IMG/VR virus record: IMGVR_UViG_3300037583_000003
Location: 29,183-93,182 of that record
Origin: a virus
Length of the DNA stretch: 64,000 bases
Reading direction: 5' to 3' (one strand)
Position 1 is the first letter of the stretch. Each line of letters starts with the position of its first letter. The notes under the pieces are model-generated. The model saw nothing but the letters and a program-made list of their open reading frames with translations, made no database searches and was not told where the DNA came from. The translations under genes were made by a program, and so were the position numbers. Shown piece after piece: positions 28,482 through 39,500 of the stretch.

Positions 28482-29603
28482 GTGACAAACACTTACTCAA
28501 CTTTTAACAGTACTAAGAACAACCAACTACTAGAGCCAATGTTCTTTGGTCAGAATGTGAACATAGCTAGGTATGATCAACAAAAGTACCCTGTATTTGA
28601 GTCTCTTACTGAGAAACAACTATCGTTCTTCTGGAGACCAGAGGAGATTGACCTATCTAATGATAGAGCTGAATTCGCTAACCTACCAGAGAATGAGAAG
28701 CATATCTTCCTTAGTAACCTTAAGTACCAGATACTACTAGATTCTGTTCAAGGTAGATCACCTAATGTAGCATTCCTACCTATTGTATCTATCCCTGAAC
28801 TAGAGTCTTGGATCGAAACTTGGTCATTCTCTGAGGGTATACACTCTAGATCATACACTCACATCATTCGTAACATCGTAGCTGATCCATCTATCATCTT
28901 CGACTCAATACTAGATAATGACGAGATCATCAAAAGAGCTGAGAGTGTCACTAAGTACTACGACAAACTCATAGCTCTAACAAACCATATGTATGCTAAC
29001 CACATAGACATTAGCCTAGATGCTCCATTCCGTAAGGAGATCAAGACTGCACTATATCTAACAATGGTATCAGTTAATGTACTAGAGGCTATTAGATTCT
29101 ACGTATCATTCGCTTGTAGTTTTGCCTTTGCTGAACGAGGTGTTATGGAAGGTAATGCTAAAGTAATCAAGCTTATAGCTAAGGATGAAGCAATCCACCT
29201 ATCAGGTACTCAGCACATACTCAGCATCATGTCTGAAGGTACTGATGATCCTGAGATGGCTGAGATTGCCTTAGAACAGCGTGAAGCTACTTACTTTATA
29301 TTTATGGATGCAGCTGTACAAGAGAAGCAATGGGCTGACTACCTCTTTAAGGATGGCTCTATGATAGGACTTAACAGTGTCATACTGAAGAACTACATAG
29401 AGTACATCACTAACGTCAGACTGAAGGCACTTAAACTAGACCCAATATTCCCTAAGACAGTTAATCCCTTACCTTGGATGAACCATTGGTTAGTTAGTGA
29501 CAACGTACAGGTTGCACCACAAGAGTCTGAAATCACCTCCTATCTAACTGGTCAAATCGACTCTAGTGTCAACGTTAGTGATTTCAGTGATATGTCTATC
29601 TAA
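28482..29603 (+). CDS. nrdB: class Ia ribonucleotide reductase beta subunit
   Basis: [45 protein letters not shown]. Confidence 0.97.
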   Translation: MTNTYSTFNSTKNNQLLEPMFFGQNVNIARYDQQKYPVFESLTEKQLSFFWRPEEIDLSNDRAEFANLPENEKHIFLSNLKYQILLDSVQGRSPNVAFLPIVSIPELESWIETWSFSEGIHSRSYTHIIRNIVADPSIIFDSILDNDEIIKRAESVTKYYDKLIALTNHMYANHIDISLDAPFRKEIKTALYLTMVSVNVLEAIRFYVSFACSFAFAERGVMEGNAKVIKLIAKDEAIHLSGTQHILSIMSEGTDDPEMAEIALEQREATYFIFMDAAVQEKQWADYLFKDGSMIGLNSVILKNYIEYITNVRLKALKLDPIFPKTVNPLPWMNHWLVSDNVQVAPQESEITSYLTGQIDSSVNVSDFSDMSI

Positions 29604-32600
29604 TAGGATAAGTTAATGCCTCCAATCCAGATGGAGTTATAGCCCTAACTAAGGTCTCGAATGGGTTGTACACCATACCTCCTAGGTTCTTAGTTATCAT
29701 TGACTGGTCTGTTACATCCTCTACGTCACCTACAATATACTCTTGGCCAAGTATAGCTATCAGTAGTTTAGCTGGATGACCCTTAGCTAGTTCGGCTATA
29801 GCTTTCTGTATCCTTGTAAAGTACTTAGTGAACATAATGAACCCCATCTGGTTAAACCACTCTACCAACCTACTATTAGGCTTGTTATAGTTAATAAATG
29901 CATCCCTAACAGTTTTTAAAGCCTTGTCCTTACTTATACCTTTCCTAAGCATTAAGTGGTACTGGGCATACCTAGCTACAAAATCCGAGTACTGTGTAGC
30001 TGTACTCATCATCTTAAATACACTCGTCTTCTCATTCAAATACAACAAGTTAACACCATCCCTAACAATAGTAGGTGCTCCTTTCAGCCTATCATCTAAG
30101 ATGTCTGTAAACATACTAGAGTTGTCACCTTCCCCAATATCAAGTTCTTCCACTATAGAAGTGTAGAACCCCCCGTCTATCAAATCCTTAACTGGACTAC
30201 TCTTAATATCCCCTTCTAACGCACTCAATCTCCTAATCTCAACACTACTAGCTAACCCAGCTTTTTCCTTTCCCTTTAACCTTATAACTTCTTTCTGGCT
30301 ACTAATAAAGTCATTCAAGTCCCTAACCCCTTGCAACTGCAACTTAGCTATCTCTACTGGTGAATGTCCAGTCATTACTGAATACATCAGGTTTGACACT
30401 ACATTACCTACAAGAACAGTTGGTGTTCTTAATATCACATCTACCTTAGCTACTTTAACTATCTCTTTCCACACTTTCTCAGCTACTCTTAGACCATAGT
30501 TCATACCTTCAGGCAATATCTTACCTCCAGGCACATCACTTAATCCTAACTCTCGGTAACCCATAATACTATGTAACATATCTCGTCTCAGTGTGATCCC
30601 GTCTTTAAACTCTAACTTTATCTCAGTAGGTACTAATCCCCACAACTCATTCAACTCTTTATCATTAGATTTACCATCAAGTGTCACATACTCCATAGAG
30701 TTAAGTTTACCCATCATGTGTTTCTTACTCTTATTCTTATCTGCGTCCTCTTTAACATACTTCAGTAACTCTTTATTGAACGTACTAGACTCCATCTTGT
30801 CATAGGTACTCGCGTACATACTTCCTATAACATTAGACACTCTCCTATCCATCTTCAGTATCTTCACTTTGTTCTTCTTACTCATATTATAACTATACCC
30901 AACAATCCTACCACTATTGTTCAGCTTAGGTGACAGCAGCTTATCATCAGCAGTTGCTACATAAGTACCTGCTTCCATTTCCCTTACAATCTCTTCTGCC
31001 CTAACATTTATAGCCCTAATCAACTTATCAGCTTTAACTCGTTCCACTACATTGTCACCATCTAGTCCTACCTTACCAGTAACCGATGTACCTCTTGTAT
31101 TCTTACCAGTAGTTCTCAGTGCCACCCTATGGAATGTCTGTGTTACCTGTAAACTAGACACATAGTAACCTAGCTCACCTTCTGAGGCATCCAAACTGTA
31201 TCTAGGTACTTTGTGTGACAACTTGTAACCTAGACGCTTCATACGCTTCTCATCAGCTATTGGTGCTGTAGTTCCCTCTATATTCTGATCTAGTACTGGC
31301 TTACTGTAACCCTTAATAATCCTCCTCTTATCCGCATGTGTAGTGAATAACTCTTTCTCAGACATCTCTTTATGTGCAACTTGATAAGCTACTACCTGTT
31401 CTACTCCTGACTTCTCATTCTCCATCAAGTCTAGGAATATGTCCTTATCTGTTTTACTACTCACTTGCAACCCTCTTAGAGTAGCTAACGTATCCACTAT
31501 ATCCACTAACTCCTTAGTATTATCAGGATACCTAACCCCTTCAACACTTACTCTATCTACTATATTCTTAGCATTGGTCATCTGAACTATTCCACCATCA
31601 CCATCCACCATGTACCTAGCTAAACCATCTATTTGTGCTATGTAGTAGTTATACGATCTCTTATCCGTTTCACCCTTAAGCTTATCCTCTAAATTCTTAA
31701 TCTCTTGCTTCAACCTGTTAGGATACTTTATTAGATCAACCACATCATAGTCATAGGCTATAGTACCTAGATCAATATCTACAACTATAGACGTTAAACT
31801 ATTCTCTTCATCTACGTCTAACTTCCTTGTAAACCCAGACTTTATCATCTGTATCTTATCTAACCTAGTTAGTGCTCTATGCTGATCTATTTGGTTACTG
31901 TAGTACCCTAGTTGCTCTATCATATCCTGATAGTCGTCACTCTCTGACATATCCCTTATAGTAGACCATAGTGTACCTTCAGGCTTCAATGACTTAACTC
32001 CAGTAGTACTAGATAGAAACTGTATTGTTCTTTTAGCCTCCTGACTAACTAACGACTTAGCTATGGTTGCCACTATGTGGTAACCTTGTTTCACTACACC
32101 ACCTCCCACAAGTTTACTAGTATCTTGTCGCTTACCCGCTTTATCCTTCATCTTATCTATTCTAGTCGCTAGGTTATCTTCAGCTTTATTGAACTGACCT
32201 ATAAGCTTACCTAGTATACCCTCTCTTTTACGTACTACTTGCTTCTTGTTAGTCTCTGCTAACCTAGCTACTAACCACGCCATCTCTTGGTAGTCACTAC
32301 CAGTAGGTATCTTCCTATTCCATACCACTAACCTATCAAACAACTCCCTCACATACCCTATAAGCTTAGTTACCAGATTAGTCTCATCAGTAGTCACCCT
32401 ATTAGTCCTACGATCAGCCAAGGCTTTCATAGTAGCTTTATTAGTCCTTGCAAACGCTATGAACTCATGTAGTCCTACAGCAGTATCTGCGAAGTAGTCC
32501 AAGTCAGCTTGAGCTTGCACCAAGTCAGGCTTATCCATGTACTTTGATAGCTCCTCTGGTGTCATACTAAGGAAACTATTCTTTATAGCTACTATTCTCC

Positions 32601-33504
32601 TTCTTACGCTTGCTATGGCTGGGTCTCTACTGTTAAGTGCATACGCTGTTACTACATGGTACAACTCATGTGTATAAGCTTCTAGTGCTGACCTATTAGT
32701 ATCTCTCGGTCCTAAACCAACATACACATCTGCTTTGTTACCGTCAAACTTAACCATACCACCATTCCTGGTTGTCCTACCTAGATGTACAGTTACATCA
32801 GGCATTAAGCTAACTAGAGGTGCTACTATACCTGATAGGTTATCTAGCAGTGTAGCCTTATGCCACTCACCAGTATCTGTTGGATCTAACTTATCTACTT
32901 CCTCAGCTAACTCCATGATCTTATCAGGGTTACTTATCAAGTCTCTAGCTACTACCTCGTACTCCTCGTAACCCCTATTCAGAAAGTCCTTATCAGACCC
33001 TAGGTTATCTAACTCTTCACTCGTTACTTGGAAGTCTACACCATCTAGCTGTATAAACGCTTTACCTCTTAACTTTCTAGTGACAGTCCTACCTGTAGTA
33101 CTACGGGTAAACCTAACACTGTAACCATCATCCACTTTAACTATGTCCTCAACTACTACACTAACCCCGTCAACAGTAGGACTATTAGCATTTATCATAT
33201 CTTTAGTTGCTGCAACTACACTCCCTAACTTACTCTCAGGAGACCTACCCTCATCTACACCCCCTTCATCCACTTTAGTTTCTTTAACTTCCTTAGCTTT
33301 AACTATGGGTTTAACGTCTACCATACCTTCTTTAGGTGGTTGCAGTTGTCTTAGATTATATGCAAACTTATCTACGGTATCCTTTACTTCCTTAGTGGTA
33401 GTTCCCTTCTTACCCTTAACTAACGCACCTAGCTTACCTTTTACAACAGGAGAACTTAAGAACCCCTCCATTTCTTTTTTGAACACATCTACATTACAGC
33501 TCAT
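29596..33504 (-). CDS. virion RNA polymerase C-terminal part (N4 vRNAP CTD-like) as a separate gene
   Basis: ATG 33504 has an AGGAGA RBS and ATGA overlap; HELYH zincin-like motif; end QYSDFVARY...FINY...[12 protein letters not shown] resembles the N4-type vRNAP C-terminus. Confidence 0.8.
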   Translation of the reverse strand: MSCNVDVFKKEMEGFLSSPVVKGKLGALVKGKKGTTTKEVKDTVDKFAYNLRQLQPPKEGMVDVKPIVKAKEVKETKVDEGGVDEGRSPESKLGSVVAATKDMINANSPTVDGVSVVVEDIVKVDDGYSVRFTRSTTGRTVTRKLRGKAFIQLDGVDFQVTSEELDNLGSDKDFLNRGYEEYEVVARDLISNPDKIMELAEEVDKLDPTDTGEWHKATLLDNLSGIVAPLVSLMPDVTVHLGRTTRNGGMVKFDGNKADVYVGLGPRDTNRSALEAYTHELYHVVTAYALNSRDPAIASVRRRIVAIKNSFLSMTPEELSKYMDKPDLVQAQADLDYFADTAVGLHEFIAFARTNKATMKALADRRTNRVTTDETNLVTKLIGYVRELFDRLVVWNRKIPTGSDYQEMAWLVARLAETNKKQVVRKREGILGKLIGQFNKAEDNLATRIDKMKDKAGKRQDTSKLVGGGVVKQGYHIVATIAKSLVSQEAKRTIQFLSSTTGVKSLKPEGTLWSTIRDMSESDDYQDMIEQLGYYSNQIDQHRALTRLDKIQMIKSGFTRKLDVDEENSLTSIVVDIDLGTIAYDYDVVDLIKYPNRLKQEIKNLEDKLKGETDKRSYNYYIAQIDGLARYMVDGDGGIVQMTNAKNIVDRVSVEGVRYPDNTKELVDIVDTLATLRGLQVSSKTDKDIFLDLMENEKSGVEQVVAYQVAHKEMSEKELFTTHADKRRIIKGYSKPVLDQNIEGTTAPIADEKRMKRLGYKLSHKVPRYSLDASEGELGYYVSSLQVTQTFHRVALRTTGKNTRGTSVTGKVGLDGDNVVERVKADKLIRAINVRAEEIVREMEAGTYVATADDKLLSPKLNNSGRIVGYSYNMSKKNKVKILKMDRRVSNVIGSMYASTYDKMESSTFNKELLKYVKEDADKNKSKKHMMGKLNSMEYVTLDGKSNDKELNELWGLVPTEIKLEFKDGITLRRDMLHSIMGYRELGLSDVPGGKILPEGMNYGLRVAEKVWKEIVKVAKVDVILRTPTVLVGNVVSNLMYSVMTGHSPVEIAKLQLQGVRDLNDFISSQKEVIRLKGKEKAGLASSVEIRRLSALEGDIKSSPVKDLIDGGFYTSIVEELDIGEGDNSSMFTDILDDRLKGAPTIVRDGVNLLYLNEKTSVFKMMSTATQYSDFVARYAQYHLMLRKGISKDKALKTVRDAFINYNKPNSRLVEWFNQMGFIMFTKYFTRIQKAIAELAKGHPAKLLIAILGQEYIVGDVEDVTDQSMITKNLGGMVYNPFETLVRAITPSGLEALTYPIR

Positions 33505-36500
33505 AAACAATCTCCTGCCTTATCCAATTTCTTTTTCAGTACACTAGAGTCAAATAACTTCCTTATAGCTATACCGTCTTCTTTACTACCAAGCTTAACC
33601 AAGCTTTCTACCAGTGCATTATACTCTTTCTTTACAGCTTTCCTATTACGATCTCTTATAACGTCAGGAGTAACCTCGTAGGCAGACCCTATCGGACCTA
33701 CAAACTGACCAGCCCTAGCGGTAGTACTAAATAGCTCCTTACGTCTTGCTCTAACGTCATCAACAAATACCTCAAGTTTACCTACAGCTTCTTGCAGTTT
33801 CTCACTACCACTTAGTTCATAAGCTTTCGTTCCCATGTCTAGTAGTGCTTCTGCTGGTGTGTACTGTCTAACATCCTCATACCAATTCTTATTCAGTATG
33901 TTTATCTCTCCCATCTGACCTATACCTAGTACTGCTGCATCATGTACAGACAGGAATCCCTTATCACTATCCACCAACGACTGTCCCATAGTATTACCGT
34001 CACTGGTCTGTACAGGTAGAACTAACGCAGATGCTCCAGGAGATCTAAACCCTCTAGCTAATAGTGATGTAGTTAGGAACTCTCTATCACCAGTTAGCTC
34101 TATCTTAGAGGTTTCTGTGTGTACATCTTTATCTAACGCTCTCTGGTACAGAAACAGTTTATCCTTAGCTGACGTACTAGATGCTGTATCTATTGCAGGA
34201 GCTAACCCACTCTCTATTAACTTCTTAACTATACCATTCTTATCAGAACTTGTTACTTTCAATCCAATCTTGTCTACCTCCTTATCATACTCCTTCTTGA
34301 ACACAGCAAATACTTGCTCTGACAACTCAGACATAGCCTTGTTCATTATCAGGTAGTCTCCAAATACCTCATCAAGTGTCTCTATAAACTCTACCTTATA
34401 CTTAGCTTCTAGGTAGTTAGTTAGAACTGCATCAAGCTCACTCAAGCTATCCAAGGACTTCTCAGTTAACTCAGCTCTAGCTTCTACTATCCAGTTAGTG
34501 TCCTCCTGCTGTGTGCTACCACCACCAGCTACCTCTCTTAGTTGCTTGTCAGTTACAACGTAATTACCATCTCTACCTACTTCAAGCAATCCAGCAACCA
34601 TAACTTCCTTCTCTCCAGATATTACATCATCTACAATCTTGAACAATCCAGCACCATAGTTGAATATCATTACAGGAGTCTTCATTATATTACGTAAACC
34701 CTTAGATACTGTGAGATCCGAGGTTAGTCCTAATCTATCCCAAGCTACATCTATCGGTGACACATCAACCTCTATTGATTTTTCAGGGTCATTAGGATTT
34801 ACTGTAGACTTCATACCAACCTCACTAAGCTGACCTACTTTACTAGCTAGTACAGACCCACCTTCTAGATAGACATCGTTTTCTTTAGCTCTATCCATCT
34901 CATTCATACTCATGTGGCTAATTTTATCCTCAGCTATTAGACCTACTTTAAACAACCATTTCTTAGCATTACCTGTAGGTGTCTGCATAACTTTGTAAGA
35001 GAAACCATTAGTTAATCCATCTATCTCCACAACCATAGTAGACCCAAACTCTTCATTCCCATCTAGTAGCTTCTCTATATTGGCTATAGCTAGCGCAGCA
35101 TGTCCTAGATGATCTGATACTAATGCAGCTTCTTGCTGATCTTCTATAGAACTACCTATAATTTTCCTAGCCTGTGCAAGTATCTTAGACTGGTTATTCT
35201 TATCTATAGCTATGCCATCAGCTAACTTACTTCCATCGAATGCTTGGACTATACCATATAGGAACATCACATCTTCATCACTAAGATTACTAGTATTACC
35301 ATCAGACATAAACTCATTAATAGTAGACTTGCTTAACTGTACTCTAGTAGCAGATGCGGTAACTAACCACCTAGCTAACTGTTTATCGTTCTGTGGGTTA
35401 ACCTTACTGCTATCAAGCTGATACCTACCAGCCTTAGTCAAGAACCACTCAAAGAACACTTCAGTATCTCCATCGTTAGTTAGGAGTTCCAACATAGCCT
35501 CCACGTTATTTTTTATTTCTATGTTCCTGCTACGTTGAGCATCCCTTTCATCATACGATACTGATTTGTCACCCTCAGCGTACTCTTTATAACCTATAGC
35601 TTTCATCAAACTACTCTTTGTAGCCTCACCAAGGATACCTCTTAGAGCTTGTACGCCATCGTTCACCTTATAACCTATAGACTCTAACTTGTTCAAGGCT
35701 TTAACCTGTCTAGGGTTAGCTACAGTATACGGATTATTCTTCACGGGAGCTTTAGTCTTCTCTTTAGGTTTAACTACCTTATAGTTCCTAGAGGAGTCTA
35801 TACTTATACTGAACTGATTCTCCAACTCAATCATCCTTGTAAGTGTAGCTTTCCTACTCTCGAAGTACTGGTCTGTTGGCTTAATAAGTACACTACCAGA
35901 AGTATCACTTGCATCGTTACCCATAGGTAGCTTTGTTATTTGCTCACCTACTACTTGTTGCTGTGTGAAGTCATGTATAAGTCCAGCCTTTGCTGCATAA
36001 ACCAGACCTATATTACCAAAGCTAGTTACCAACATAGCCATCTCAGTATCTGTGGTTTCCTCACCCTTAGTTATACCAAGATTCTTCACTATAACAGCAC
36101 CAAGACTATCAGCTTCAAACTTCATTAGTCCTCCACCATGCTTAAGTACGTAAGCTGCAATAGGTGCTCCAGCATCATCATCCTTAGTTACCCCTAACAA
36201 CTCAGTGGCCTCATCCAGAGTTCTACGCTTAACCAGATTCACTGCGTTCTCTGACATGTACTGCAATACGCCAGCTTCTATAGCTACTACAGTGTTAGCA
36301 TTCATCTCATCAGCAACACTAGTATTCGAGTAGTCACCTGAGTTTCTCTCCTTCAGCTTCTTACTTACAACTACCTTAGAGTCATCACCGAAGTCTACAG
36401 TAGGTTTGTATAGATAAGCTAGTGCTGGATTCTTCTTCAGATCAGCAATACCTATAACACCTTGTCCATCATAACCAGTTTTCCTATTAGGTACTTTGAT

Positions 36501-39500
36501 TGCTTCAAACAATGTATTAGCTACCTTAGTAACAGCAGGTGTGAACTCTGCCTTTATAAGGTTCAATCCTGTAGGCATGCTCACTCTATACACGTCACCT
36601 AGTGGTCTAGCCTTCTCACCTCTTACATTGTGAACCAGTAACGGTATACCTTTCTGTGCTACATCGTTATACAACCTAAAGCTAGCAACCTCACTTACTG
36701 CTGCATGCAGTTCCTCAACTTCTTCCTTAGTCAGTTTAACTCCACCTTCCTCGCTAAGCTTAGCCTTAGTCCCTAAGTCCTTCAACCTAGCTAGTAGAGA
36801 CTCTACTTCTACAACAGTGTCAGACTTAACCTTATCTGGTAACCTAGTTGAGCTATCTCCAGTGACTTCATCCATCGCTTCTTGATCCAACTGTAGCTGA
36901 TCTACATCAGAGGTATCAAAGTCATCCATACCAAAGTCTTCTGGATTAAACGTCTCAAAACTACTCATTATGTCAGCTATACTCTCACCATTAGTTTCAG
37001 TGGTAGGTACATCTTCATCTACTTCAAATACATCACCTAACTCACTAGCGTCAAAACTCATATTCCTAAAGTCATCTAGGTTTATTTCTCCACTATCTTC
37101 ACTGTTATCTACTTCATCATCAACAGTAGCCTCACTAACTTCAGTAGCCACTTCTTGCTCAACTTCCTTGTTAGCTTCCTGTGTACTCTCCTCTTTAACC
37201 TCAGTATCTACCTTCTCAGTAGTACTCTTAACTTCTTCCTTACCTACTCCTACTTCAGGTTCTTTATCCCCTTTAACAACAGCTCCTGCTTCTTTCCTTG
37301 CAGACTGCATCTTTCTTAGTTCTTTCTGGACATCAGCTATATTCTGGCCTTGCTCTGAGTCGTTAGTAGCTCCCTCTCTATACCCAGCTAACCTAGTAGA
37401 CAGTAGCTCCATAGACCTTACTTCACCAGCTATAGCTAGCACAGTACCATAGACACCGTAACCTACTTCTGGTTGGTTGTCTTCACTAAGTGCATTACCA
37501 GTTTTCAACATAGTCTCTATTACAGTATCGTACGCTACATAGTTCTTATTACCCGCATGTTCAAACTTATGTACTTTCTTCTTTGCAAGACTCTTGTAAC
37601 TTGCTTGTACTACCTTTAGTGCTCCTTCTCTATCTAACTCTTTTCTGTCCATTACCTCTGCTACTTGGCTATTTACCTCAGCCTCAACTTCCCTTATAGC
37701 AGACACGTACGATGCCAGTTTACCTTCCTGCATTGCTTGAAACCTAACTAGCTTCACAACACTCTCATTAAACAATCCTTCGTCAGCACTCTCAATTCCT
37801 TCCATCGCGCTATCATAGTATGTAAGGAATCCTTTACTACCTTTAGCAACATCATTAGAGACCTCAGACATACTCTTCCTAACCTCTCCAGCTTCTCTAG
37901 CCATAGATAGAGACAACTCACCAATACCTAAGTCCATGTCATCAGCCATGTCTGGTACTTGAGCCTTAGCAGTATCCACAATAGCTTTAAACTCAGTATC
38001 TGTTAGCCCATTAGCTGCTAACAGTTCTATAGTACTAGCTACTTTCCTTGCTTTATCTACATCAGCCATAGACGAACCGTATATAGCTCCTTCTTGCTCT
38101 TGTAGAACTTCTTTCAACCTGTTTATTGCAGCTACTTTAATTCTCTCTGAAGGTGCATTATCAATAAGATGCCTAAGCTTAGACTCTAGCGTAGGTACTT
38201 CACCACTAGTCTCAAACTCCTTAACTACCTCTTCTGAGGACTCTTGACTTCGTTTAACACTTACCTCTTGATCTTCTTTAGCTTCCCTATTCACTGACCT
38301 TTCTGTCTCTACACTAGACTTCTTATCCTTGTACTCTCTTAGTTGCTCTATAGCACCACTAGTAGACACACCAGTAACCTTCAAACCAGCACCTACAGCA
38401 GAGAATTGTAGTGAACCACCTGCACCTAGTCCTGCACCAGTGATACCCTTGATTACAGTCTCTTCATCTACTAACAGCTCTCCAGCTTCGTCTAGTACAC
38501 TAACAACAGTACCATTATCATCTATGTTTAGTTGCACATTAAGTACCTCTCCCATAGCTTGTATATACTCTTGTCCAGCTTCCTTACCCATGTTACCTGC
38601 TAGACCTGCTGCTACACCTAACCCCTTAACTACTAGCCCTACTCTTCCTTCTCTTGGTAGTGAAGGTATAGGTATTGCTTTCATAGCGCCAACTAGCTCC
38701 TGTACTGCTAGTGGAGACTTTATAATACTAGTCATAGCTAACCTGTCCAATCCACCCATAGCTACGTTAGTTATCATTATGGTAGACACTTTCATAATAG
38801 ACGGGTCAGAGTTATGAACTTCTTTATATTCATCTACCTCATTGTTAGTCTGTCCAGCTGCCCACTGAAGTAACCCAGCTGACTTCTGCAACACTTCCGT
38901 ACCTTTCTTGAACGTACTAATAGCTTCATGTCCAGTTTTAGCTGCTTTAGTTACTCCTAACCAAGGAATAAACATAGCAGCTACTGTTGCAATACTCTCA
39001 GCACCTAGCTCTGGGGTTACACCTTCCCACACCAACTTAGCTACATCAGCTAACTTGACTTCTGAATCATCATCGTTCATACCCTTATATATACGTTCAG
39101 CTAGTATCCCAGCCTTCCTGCTGGCCTCTTCACTAAATCTAGGATTATAGCTAAACGTATCGTTAACCATTTTAGCTTTCTCTTCTTTAGTACCTATGTC
39201 CCATAACCCTGTAGCGTCACCTACCCAATCAGCGAAATCAACCACAGCTACCTTAGCGAGTGTACCTACTGCTGCTTTACCAGTGTTCAATGCTCTTCCT
39301 AGTACTCCCATAGTCTCTAACTCAGCTTCATGCCTCTGATCTCTATAGTAGTCACCACTAGAGACTTCCTTACTGCCAGCTGTACCACTAGACCCATTAC
39401 CTAGAGCTAGTACATCTTTCATCTCACTACTATACCTATTGGCAGCACTAGTAGAGTCCATAAACTCACTAGCGTAGTCCAACCTAGACTGGTAGATTGC

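Noticed and set aside
33496-33545. Programmed -1 frameshift fusing the two vRNAP genes
   Set aside because: The G-AAA-AAG run is followed by a TAA in the -1 frame, no slippery site lies after it, and the second gene has its own RBS and ATG
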